Under the pieces are notes generated by a model. The model searched no databases, was not told the origin of the DNA, and saw only the letters and a list, made by a program, of their open reading frames with translations. From Cyanophora paradoxa CCMP329 (taxonomy: Eukaryota > Plantae > Glaucophyta): a stretch of DNA of 64,000 nt. Location of the stretch: contig QPMI01000453.1 in assembly GCA_004431415.1 (NCBI GenBank), forward strand, positions 1 through 64,000, written 5' to 3'. The position numbers were made by a program, and so were the translations under genes. Shown here piece after piece: positions 49,054 to 60,703 of the stretch (the stretch's first letter is position 1; each line of letters opens with the position of its first letter).

Positions 49054-52000
49054 GCGGCCTGCGCCCCGGCCCGCCCGTAAGCCAAGCCACGGAATAGCGC
49101 GTGGGCCGTGCAGCCTCCCCACGTTCGCGTTTGCTCGACTAGAAGTAGTACGCGCAAGACTCTCCATGAGCCCCCGGCCCGACGCGGACCGGGACGTCGA
49201 AGGCGAACTAGATAGACTCACCGCCTCGGCCTCGGCGTTCAGGCGGGCGATTTCCTCCTTGCGCCTGTGCTCGCGGATGAGCCGCAGCACCCGCCGCCAC
49301 CGCGTCCGCGGGTGGACCTGCCGCCGGGCCGGGCCGGTCAGGTCAGCGAAGAAAGCTGAAGGTCAACTAGTAAGGGCGAAGCACTCGTGAATGGCTGCGT
49401 CTCTTCTTGCTCTCTTGCTAGTTGTAGCGTGCTAAGTTACTGGCTTGCCAGCTAGCTTGCTCTTCGCACTTGCCAAAAGGATCTGCTCTGCGGACTCTCT
49501 CTCACCTTGGGGAGGTCCTTCCCCTTGTCGAGTAGTGCCGCCTCGAGCCGCAGGCGCGCCGCGCGCTCCTCGAGCTCGCCCTCCCCCACCGCCCCGCTCC
49601 TCCGCAGCGCCTGCCGGGGGGAGTGAGGGGAGGTGAGAGGAGAGGAGAGGGCGGCAGGCGTGGGGGCCCTGGAGTGGGGACTCTCTCTCCTGTCATGTCC
49701 TTCCTATGGAATTCCTATCTATCCTTTGATTCCTTCGACTTCAATTTCTTAGTGGAATGGAGCCACGCTCCGCCGCAGAAATGGAGTCGGAATGGAGGTT
49801 TGACGCCGCGTTAATTTACGCCGCAGTAATTTTGTGCCAGACGGTAGACTAGATTCAGACTTGGGCTCTTATTATCTATCCACACAGCGGACCTGCAGGA
49901 TGCTCTGCTGCCTCTGCTGCTCGGCGCCCGGCCAGAGCGCCTGCGAGGCCGCCTCTCTCAGCTCCCGCTCCTCGTTCGTGGTCGGCTCCAGCTGCGCGTA
50001 GGGCAGCAGCGCGAAGAGGCCCTCCTGGGATTCGACCACGGGCCTCAGCTCCTCTGCGAACGAAGCTCAGGAAAAGAAAAAAAGAGAAAAAAGAAAGGAA
50101 CGCGCTGTTGCGGGCGAGGCGGGAGAGCGCGAGGACGGCGCCGCGCTCGATGCGGGGCCGCCCCGCCCGCGAGAGGATCACAAGCGTCCGCACGCTCTCC
50201 GGCGCCGCCATCGCCCCGTGGCTCGCCTCTGCGAACGAAGTGAAGTGAGCGGAGCGAAAAAAGGAGACGAAAAGGAAAAAAGAGGAGGGGGGTACCGGAT
50301 CGGGCGTAGTTCGCCAGCGCCGAAACCGCCTCCATCACGACCTCGTCCTGCGCCGAAAGCGGCGCGAGTCAGTTCAGTTCAGAGTGGACGAAAGCGGCAC
50401 GCGTCGGATTCGAACGCACGTGCCCCGACCCGAGGCGGGAGACGAGCAGGGGCGCCGTGTGCAGTTCCACCAGCTGCCGCAGCGCCTCCTCTGCGAACAA
50501 AGGCGATCGCGAACGAAGCTCAGGTCAGGCTCAGGTGAGCTTAGGAAGCGAAAGGGGCGCACGGTCGCGGCTGAGGTGCTTGGCGCAGCGGATGCCCTGC
50601 AGGTGGACCCGCGGCATCGGGTGCTGCGCGCGCACGCCCGCCCGCCCGCCCGCGTCGGCCGGAGGAGGACGGGGACGAGGAGGAGGAGAACGTTCCCCTC
50701 GGAGCTGCTAAGAGGGAAGCCTCCTCCGAGCATCTCGCTCACCTGAATCATGGACTTGACGATTCTTAGGACGTCCTCGTCAATGACGCCACGCGGGATC
50801 GGCTCCAGCTGAGAGAGATTAGGGAGGTTTAATTTGTCGGCGCAGCGCGTTCCGCTTTGTCTATGCTAGGGTACGCGGCCGGGTACAGGGCCGAACGGGG
50901 GGTACACGCACCCGGAGGAGATTGGCCAGCACGGCGGCCGGGGCGACGCGGTACTCGTTCTCTGCGCGCGGGGGCGGGCGGGTGACGTCACGCCGGCGTC
51001 GGCGCTGTCCTGTAGATGCCCGACGGGGGTGGAGGGGGTGGAGGAGGGTACGCGCGCACGGATGAAGGGGTTCAAGAGCTGCGGGACGGGCGGGCGGGCA
51101 AGAGGGCGTGAGGGGGGAGGAGGGGGGAAAGGGGGGGGGGGGGGGGGCGGGGGGGGGGATGCTTTAAGGTGATAGATAGGCCAGATAGATAGATAGATTA
51201 TGGAAGGCCATTAAAGCGGCCCTTATTAGTTGAGGGGCGCGCGCACGTCATTGAGCACGGCGGCGTGGAAGCCGCCACGGACGAAGAGGCGCGCGATCTC
51301 CGCTGCGGGCGGGGCGGGGCGGGGCGGGGCGGGGCGGTCAGAGAACTACCCTGGCAAGCTTGTGCAGATGGAGGCGGCAACAACAACGGGCTTAGGCGGC
51401 TGCCTGGCCGCAGCCCCGCCCCGCCCGGCTCCGCCCGGCCCGGCCCCGCTCACCGCTCTCGGTCATGTTCTTGAGGATGTTGTACGCCATCTGATGGCGG
51501 GGCGGCGGGCATCAGACGGAGACCAGGAAGGAGGGCCGCATGCCCAGGCTACGGCGGGATGGGGGAAAGAGGAACGCGGGGGAACGTTCGCTCGCCTGGT
51601 GAACGTCGAGGTCGTCCAGCGAGGTCTCGATCAGGCGAAGGATCTCCTGCGGGGCGTCGCAGTCGGAGGGGGGGGGGAAGTGGGGGGGGAAGGAAAGGGG
51701 GGTATACGTACGTCGATCTTGAGGGCGCGGGCGGCCTGCTTGGCGGCCTCGGGGTCCCCCCGCGTGACGTTCCGGATGATTGTGAGGGCCTCAAGCCGCC
51801 CCGCCCTGCGCGCGCGCACGCGTACCCCTCTCCCTCTGAGCCTTCGTTCTCGTCCTTCCAAAAGAACAATTGCGTACCCGTTCTCGGCGGCGATGCGCCC
51901 GAGGGGCTCCAGCGCCCCCGCCTGCACGATCTCCCGCGCCCGAAAGGCTGCGCCGAAAGCTCGACACGAGGGGGGGAGAAGCGAAAGGGGGGTACGGCAC

Positions 52001-53280
52001 CGTTCTCGGAGTGCTCGAGCAGCTCGGCGATGGCGAGCGGGCGCGTCTGGCGCTGGCCCAGCGCCTGGGCCAGCGCGAGCACGCGGCCCTCCCCTATACC
52101 CCCCTTCGTCGAATCTTCCTCTGTGCGAGTACGCGTTGAGCTCTCTCAGGATGTATCGATGGAGCATTCGTAGAGGGGAGGGCGGGGGGGCGCACTGTGG
52201 GCGGCCCCGGCGGCGGCGGCCCCCGCCATCGAAACGAACTTCTGGAGCCCTAGGGCCTGGTCCCACTGGCGGAGGCAGCTTAGAGAGGACAGAGAAGGAG
52301 ACGAAGACGGGGGCGAAAGAAAGAAAGAAAGAAAGGGGCGCCGGCGCGCCTTGAAGCTCGACGCGCGCTTGAGCGAGTTGCGGCGCCTCGGGTCGAAGTC
52401 GACGTGCCCCACGGCCCGCTCCCGCGCCCGCCTCCCCGCGTCCGCGATGACGTCACGCAGGTCGGCGTCCTCCCGCCCCGCCTCCCGCCGCCGCCGCACC
52501 TGCCGCGCCGCGCCCGATCGACGCCGCCCCCAAAGCCGCGGAGCGGCGACGATGCGCAGGGCAGGGCTGGGCGGGGCGGGGCGGGGCGGGGGGGGACAGG
52601 ACGAGGGAGGCGGGGCGGGGCGGCGCAGGGAGGGCCTAGGCCGGGGCGGGCGGGGCCTAGGGCGGGGCAGGGCGGAAAGGCGCGCGGCGGGCGGGGGCGG
52701 GGCGGGGCGGGGCTGAGAGGGGCGGGGCGGGGCGGGGCGGCGCAGGGAGGGCCTAGGCCGGGGCGGGGCGGGGCCTAGGGCGGGGCGGGGCGGAAAGGCG
52801 CGCGGCGGGCGGGGGCGGGGCGGGGCGGGGCTGAGAGGGGCGGGGCGGGGCGGGGCGGGGCCTAGGGCGGGGCGGGGCGGAAAGGCGCGCGGCGGGCGGG
52901 GGCGGGGCGGGGCGGGGCTGAGAGGGGCGGGGCGGGGCGGGGCGGGGCGGGACGGGGCGGGGCGGGGCGGGGCGGGGCGGGGCGGGCCTAGGGCGGGGGG
53001 CGGGGGGCGGGGTGGAAAGGCGCGGCGGGGCGGGCGGCCTCACCTCCCGAACGCACTCGCGGAGGCGGTGCAGGACGGTGCGCTTGTGCCAGGCGCGGAG
53101 CACGGCTTTCCTCTCCTTGACGGGGTAGGCGAGCAGATTCGGCGGCTGCAGGTGACGCGCGCGCTCCTCCTCGAACATGCGCCTGACGCGCGCCATGACC
53201 TCCATCGCGTGCTCGTCGAGCTGCGCTTCCTGCTCCTCCTCATCGTGCTTCGCCTTGATCACCGGGTGCGAGTTGCCCAT
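47900..53280 (-). CDS. Host multi-exon armadillo-like repeat protein; 3' end uncertain
   Basis: Exons such as [61 protein letters not shown]; MGN start at 53280. Confidence 0.5.
52569..53036. repeat. GGGGC-rich intronic repeat tract with higher-order units
   Basis: Iterated GGGGC with recurring CCTAGG and GGAAAGGCGCGCGG units. Confidence 0.9.
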
Positions 53281-54243
53281 CCTGCCAGGCCGAGCAGCTG
53301 CGCAGCCCGAGCAGCTGCCCTAGCTAAGCCCTAGCTGCGGCCGGGCTCCAGCTGCAGCCGCTGAGCCGCTACCTTAAGCTTGGACTCAGCGCCGCCACGC
53401 GGAACTCGAGCTTGACGGCTGCTTCCTTCCGCCACGAGGAGGATCGCCCCATTACGTGCTTTCACCTGCAGCGGATCGCTCGCCCTCCATCCCACAGCCG
53501 GCCGAGGTGCCAGCCGCTCGCGGCGAAGTCGATCGACGTCTTAGGCACGGTAAAGGGTACAGGCACGATGCAAAATATGGGTACGATAATCAATCACGTT
53601 TTATGGGAATCTCGGAATAATTAAATAATCTTTAGTGTATATAGATTAATATATTAGATTTAAGCTTATCCACTTGACCGATTCAGGGGAGAATCCTCGT
53701 CCGATCGATCGATATCGTCTATCCGGACGGCGCCGGCCCGCGCGCGCGTGCATGTGCGCCCGCCATGGCCACGCGAGCTGAGCATGTCAAAATTAAATTA
53801 ACCGTTTCGCGAACCCGGCGGGTCCATCATGATCAATTCCGAAGTTCACACCGTCGCGCAATGGTTGAAGCCAACCATGGCAACTCGAAGGCCCTAGTGA
53901 GAAGGATTGTTATTTTGCACGTGAGGCAAAATACCGCGAACCGCCCATGCACCTGTAGCCCTCGCTGCGAACTGCTCCTCCCCCCCAGCAGTCTCTTTTT
54001 CTTTCCCCGCGTGCTCCCTTCCTTCGTCTCCCAGCCCTCGCATCGCCCTAGGATCAGCACAGCAAACATCAGTAACGTCTTAGGAGCAGCAGGGTGTGGG
54101 CGGAGCGCGCGGAGCCGGGGTGTCCAGTTGGGGCTTGTAGAGATTGTCGTGTAGGATGGGCCAGCACCCGCGCGTAGTGGATGGACACCTTCCGGTACGT
54201 TGAATTGCTTCTCCTGCGCCCCGGCGCGGCTGCGCGCGAGCGG

Positions 54244-57200
54244 ATGGAATCTTCGCCGCTTTGTGCCAACCGTCACCCGCAGTCGTTCCGGCCAAAGCGG
54301 AGTAGGAGCTCGGGCGATCTCAATGCATTGGAAGTCGCAGCGTCCGTCTCCATTCCAGAGGAGAGCAGCCCGCCGGTCCTCGAGGCGATGTTACCGGTCG
54401 GGGCCGTCCAAATGACCACGCGGTCATCGTCCCGTCCGTCGAAGGCCAGGAAAGTCGATGTGCGTCCATTTGCTTCTGATCGAACCGATCCCCCCTCCCC
54501 GCCGCACTGCTTGCCCCCTGCCCCATCTGGTCAAAGTTGTCCTTCCGGTCAAGCCGGTTGCGTCCTATGCGGGAAGCCCCTTAGAGCGCCCCCTACAGTG
54601 CTTTCTTTTCGTATCGGCTGAAGATCGCCCCCGCGCGCGGGCCACCGTTCCGAGTGCAGGCTGCAGGGGGAACACTAAGTACAGGAACCTAGAGCCTTGC
54701 CCGCGCCCCCTCCCATTCCTTCTCGCAATAAATCGACTGCTCCCGCTTTCTCTGAAGCTCGCATCCGCAGGTCGTGCCGGCGAAGCCTTCGGAGGAGGGG
54801 ATGTGTGTTCACACCCCCTACCGCGGTGCGTCGCCCGTCCGATTGTGCTCACGCATGCAGATTTGTGACCGTTTGTCCAGGGATCTATTGGCACTACGGG
54901 CGGTGGCGTGCGCGGATCTGCTACAAGCGCGTCGTGAAGCACCTGTCGCAGTGGAACAGCGCCGAGGACGCGGTGCGCACGCTCTATCGCTTTCGTTTCC
55001 TTTTGCCGTTCCGGGCGTACGCTAGAGCCCAATGACGCTCTCCCCGCCCGTTCTGACCGATTGCTTCTTTTCGCGGTATCGAATCGGCCGGGCTGACCGT
55101 TTCTTGCAGGCGCGCGAGTACGACCGCGTTAACATTGTGCTGCACGGAGACAACGCCAGTACGAACTTTCCGGTGTCGACGTACGAGAAGGAGGACTTTT
55201 ACGAGCGCTGGGCGGCCGGGGAGGTCCGCGGCTTGCCCACGGACCGCGACGCGACTCTGGACGAGATCTCTGCGTATCTCAACCGCGTCGTGAAGTTCGT
55301 CGCGGAGTACGCGCCGCCCCCGACGAACGGCGGCGCGGATGCCGGCGACGAGGGCGGCTCGGGCGCCGCGGGCTACAAGGGCGTCTTCCCGTGCTCCAAC
55401 CAGTGGGCAACTGTCATTCGGTACTACGGCGCATCGAAGCGCCTCGTCGGCTTCCCGACCGCCGAGGATGCGGTGCGTCCCGCGTGCTCGTCCTGTCAGC
55501 CCTTCGGCCCGGCGCCTCCTGACGCGCCCGCCAGGCTCGCATGTACGACCGGATGGTTCTGGTTCTCAAGGGCACGAAGCGCGCGAGCACTAACTTCTCC
55601 AAGGAGCACTACCAGAACGAGGTGAGGTCCGGCGCGTCGCCCGGTCATCGGACCCCGATTTGATCCGTTCGTTCGCCGCAGCCTTTCTACCGGAAGCTCA
55701 TGCTGCTGCGACCGGACGGCGACGGCTTCATCGACGCGCGCGCGTTCTTCCCCGGCGCCGGCAAGGGCGACTCGAGCCGGGGCCGGGACACGGCCAAGAC
55801 CTGCATCACGCGGGCTCTCAAGCTGCTCTCCGACTGCGGCGCGTACACCGTGACGGAGGCGGATGGAGCGGCGTCGATCGCGCCCGTGCCGGCCTCGGCC
55901 GGCGGCGTTCCCGCCTACCTCCCGCACCTGATGCTCCCCGCATCGCCGACCGGCAGCTCGACGTCGGTCTGCTCCAGCAGCAAGCGCAGCCGCGGGCGCC
56001 CGCCCAAGCACCCGCGCGCCGCTTCGAGCGCCGCGGAGCCGTCCGGGGCGCCGGTGCCGGCGTTCCAGCGCGCGCGGCGCGCAGCGGCAGCTGCGGCCGC
56101 TATGTTCTCGGAGCAGCTGGAGAGCGATACGGAGACCGAGAGCGACGGCGAGGGCAAGGGCGGGGAGAAGCAGAGCAAGCGGGCGCGGCACGCCGCGCAC
56201 GAGGAGCAGGAGCACGAACAGGAGGAGGACGGCGAAGACGAGCAGGTCGAGATCGAGCAGGACGGGGTGCGCCAAGCCTCGCTTGATTCGCGCCGCTGCC
56301 GCTGACACGCCGAACGCTCTTAGGACGACGAGGACTACGTGGAGCCGGCGCGGGGCGGCCGCGAGCGCGACCGGAGGCGCCGCGCCGCGCAGCGAGAGGC
56401 GAAGGCGCGCGCGGCGGCGGTCGCAGCGCACCAGCAGCAGGCGGCGGCGTTCCTGCACGCGCAGCAGCAGCGGCAGGCCTTCGCCGCCGCGCGCCGCGCG
56501 GCGACGAACGAGCTCTCGGTGAAGGTCGAGGTGGTGGAGGACGAGGAGGACGACGACGAGGACGAGGCGATCCCACCCTCGGCGCCGCCCACGATCGCCA
56601 TGCCGATCCCCATCCTCCCGCCCTCGGCCCGGCCCCGCTCGGCCATCGCCGCCATCGCGCTCCGCGGCGAGCAGTTCGGCGCGGTGGGCCTTGGCCCGAG
56701 CTCGCCGGCCGGCGCCACGTCGCCCCGGGTCGTGCAGATCTCCTCCCCGCGCCCGGCGCCCGTCGCGCAGCCGCCCGCCAGCACCAACAACACCTTCGCC
56801 GCGATCAAGCGCACCCCCTCCCCGCCCTCCTCCTCCTCCCTCGCCCCCGTCAAGACCGAGCCCGCTGAGGCGCCCTCGCCCCCGGCGCCGGCCGCCGACT
56901 CGCCCAACTCGTCGCCGCCCTCGTCGGCTCCGGCCTCACCCGTCCATCACCCGATGGCCGCCGGGTGCCCGAGCTTCCGCCCCGTGCTGACCGAGGAAGC
57001 CCCGCGGGTCCTCCCCGCGCCCGTCAAGGCACCGTCGCCGCCGGCGCCGCCGGCGGCGCAGGCGGCGGCGAACCCGGCCGCGGCGGCCGCTGCCGCCTCG
57101 ACCATCGCAAGCGCGCTGATGCGGTCGGCCCTTCTCCAGAATCACCACCTCGCCGGCCTCATGGCGGCCAGCGCGGCGGCGGCGCCGCCGCCGACGCTGG

Positions 57201-57883
57201 ACTCGGTGTTCCCGGGCTCGGCGGGCCAGCACGGCCCCGCCGACCACGGCGAGCTGCCCTCGGACCTCGCGGCCGCCCTCTGCGGGCAGGCGCCGCCCCC
57301 GCCCGGCGCCTCGCCGTCCTCGGCGCCCTCGCCGACCCAGCTGGGCGCCACGCCCGTGGCGCCGCCGTCCAAGCCGGCCGGCGCCGGCGGCGCGCCCGCC
57401 GGCTCCGCCGCCGCCGCCTCGGGCGGTGCGGCCGACCCGTACGACGTCTCTTCCTTGTTCATGGAGGACGGGAGCCTTGGTCTGGGCCTCGGCCTCGGGT
57501 TCGATGCCCTGGCCGCCGAGGTCCTACTCAACAACGCGGCGGCCGCGGCCGCGGCGGCTGCCGCCGCCGCCGCCGCCGCCAAGCAGGGGAACGCTCTCCT
57601 GGCCATGAAGAACGCGACTCCCCAGCGGACGGCGGCGCTGGCGAACCTTGTCAAGGGCGCCAACCTGAACCTGGCTGCGCTCCTGGGCGGGGGCAACCCC
57701 TTCTTCGCCGCCGCGTTCGCGGCGGCGGCGGCCGCGACGCAGGGCGCGGCCCACAACGCCGCGGCGGCTGCGGCGGCCGCGGCCGCCGCGACGGCGGCGG
57801 CGGCGGCGGCGGCCGCGGGGTCCGCGGGGGCTCCCGCCGAAGTGGACATCGCCCCTCTGGACATGTCCTCTGTGGTCCTGTGA
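54244..57883 (+). CDS. AP2/ERF-domain transcription factor (two AP2 domains, AT-hook, low-complexity tail), spliced; start approximate
   Basis: GRWRARICY..HLSQWNSAEDA|AREYDRVNIVLHGDNASTNF and YKGV..QWATVI..GFPTAEDA|ARMYDRMVLVLKG..STNF; RGRPPK. Confidence 0.8.
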
Positions 57884-59198
57884 GGGGAGGGCCGGCGCGG
57901 CCCGTCGTCCTCTGGGCCCGCAGACAGCGGCCCGGCGTCCTCCCGGCTTTCAACGGGAGCGCCCGTATCGCTGCGTGAGCTCTCCAGCTGCAGCAGCTTT
58001 CAAATTGCGTGTGAATTCATATACTAGTATTGCTAATTTAAACCCTCCACGGTCCTGCGCTTTCCTGTAAGGACGTTGTGTAGTAGACTTTCCATTTGCC
58101 GAGCCTCTCGTGGCGTACCCCACGGGCTCTTCTGGCCCTCCATTTGTTTTCCCCGACTCGGTCGGCATAATGTACAGGCCCGGAAGAATTTTGCCGCTGT
58201 TTTTGTTGTCCGTCTATCACTCGGCAGCTTCATTCAATGCGTAGTTCTCTTTAGGTGGTGTGTGTGAACAACCTAGATGCGTGCCTAGATGCCTCTTTGA
58301 AGTCATAATCCGTTTTCCAGTTTGTCAAACTAGCTCGTAGGTATGATATCGATAGTGCATATTGATCTACATCTAGAATCAGGGCAGGGTTCTACAAACA
58401 GCAGACTTGGCAGTCAGTCATCACCGTAAATAACAGATCATCGTGCAGCGCTCCCGTGATTTTTCCCGCGGCCGTGATCAAACTTCATGTACATTTTCCC
58501 TCATTGTCAATAACCTGTACTCTGACAACGTACGCCGCATGTTTTCTCGTTTTCCTACTTTGTTCCTTTCGCCTAAAGCTTGGTGGTCCTCCCCGAATTT
58601 CGTATTAATTATGCCATTCGATGATCGATACGTACACTGTAGAACGATACCCTCCCATTACAGAAAAAGATTCTCAGTGATAACATGTGACATGGCCATG
58701 TACATGTGCAACAATTCAAGCTTCTCTATATCCACTATCGTGGCGTTGCGACGAGCCCGGGCCCTCCGAATTTGGGTCCCGGGGCCTGAAGCCTCGCGGC
58801 TATGTGTATGATGCATAATGCGACTCAGTGATGCCCTGCCATGAGCTGCAGCGCTAGCGCAATATCGATGATCGATATCATGCCATCACGTGCACGATCG
58901 CGATGCCATGATGCATGATGCCCAACTTTGGCAAGTTGCCCCAGAATTCGAACCCCTAGCCCGGCCGCCGCAGTGATCATGAGAACCCCTAGCCGCCGCA
59001 GGCGCAGTACTACGGTACTAGCTATAGTGGCACATGTACAGTGACCGGGCGATCCATCGCCGAGTCCAAATCGATATCGGATTACCGTACGCACATCTAC
59101 AAATCATTGAATCAAAATAGCTCTCCTAGTACTGGTACGGTACCGGTAGGCTACGGGGGCGTTGAGCCTTCGCTCGGATGCGGCGGGCCTCGCGAGGC

Positions 59199-60667
59199 CT
59201 AGGCCTGAGGCCCCGCCCCGGGCCTAGGGCGGGGCCGGCCCCCCGGGGGGGGAGTCGAGGCGGGGCTCACGGCTACGACGTTTACGCCGTCGGTGCCGGC
59301 TTGCAATTGGGTACCCCCGGCCGGCATGGCGGTTGCGGGGTCCCCCCCTTCGGCGGGGGCGGGCGAGGGGGCCCCCGACGTGGGTGCAGAGAGGGGGGCC
59401 AGTGTGGGGGAGGAGCCGACGGGGAGTACCGGGGTCTCGCCGGGGGCGGGGGCAGGGGCGGGGGCGGGGGTTGGGCCGGGGGGGAGTACGAGCTCGTTCG
59501 GGAGCCGAGCCACGCGGGCCGCGAGAGTGGATGCGAAGCCCGCGGCCCCCGCGCCGCCGTCGACCGGGCTCGAAGCGGAGGCAGAGGCGGCCGAGGAGGC
59601 GGCTGCGGCGGCGGCGAGCCCCCCCTTGTTCCTAAGTTTGGATAGGGCCGAGCGCCACCTGTTGTTCTGCGAACGAAGAGTTCAATGGGCCGGGGAGAGA
59701 CCGGGGGGGGGAGGAGTGGGGGGGGAGGAAGGCGAACCTTCTTCTCGCTTGCGCTCTTGAGGTAGTCGGGGCTCAGGAGGGGCGGCGACGGGCGAACGTT
59801 GACCTGCCCCGCAGCAGCGTGAGACCGAGCGAACGAAGAAGCCGGGGGGGGAGAGATCCCGGGGGGGGGGTACCTTGAATCGGAGGTTCTCGACGGCCCA
59901 CTTGGCGCAGTGGAGGCGATCGTGTAGGAGGATGACGAGGTGCACCTTCGTTCGCCGGCCCCGGTAAGATGCCAGCTTGAGAAAAAAAAGGGGGGGGGGA
60001 AGTAGGAGGGGGGTACCTGGTCGCGGATCTCGTCGTAGTCGGGACGGCGGGAGACGCCGTAGCGGAACATGAGGTCGTCCAGGGCCAGCTCCTGGGAGCC
60101 CCCCCGGGGGGGGGGGTACGCGGTCAGGACAGCGGGGTGAGGGGTTTTCGGGCTATCTATCCGCGAAACCCCTTCTTCTTCTTCTAGGGCGGCTCTACGA
60201 AGGTAGGGTTGGGTTGGGCGGCCCCGCTGCTGCCGCGGGCTCGCGAACTCCTACCCCTACCTGCCTTCCCGTCGAGGGGGTCGCGGAGGCTCTGCGAAGG
60301 GCCCCTAGGGCGGCTCCGGGAAGGGTTTGGAATCCCCGTCCACCCTACCTTACCTTCCCGTCGAGGGCGTCGCGGCCGCTCTACAAATCGACTCTCTCCC
60401 TTTTTCTAAATAGACTCTAGGCCGCCCTTCTGCCTAAGCTGCTGCTGCTGCTGCCCGCGGCCTGGGGCCTCCTCCTCCTCCTCCTCCTCTCCCTCTAGCA
60501 CCTTCTAGTCCAGCTCTCTCTCGCCCTGCTCTCGTCTGAGCTGCGCCTGAGCCGCGGGCCTCCCCCTACCTTCTCGTCCAGAGGGTCCCCGAGGTCTTCT
60601 GGGCTTCCCCTTCCTATAAATAGACTCCGGGCCCTCGTGCCCTCGAGCTCGGCCCCGGGCCGCCCCC

Positions 60668-60703
<36 letters not shown>
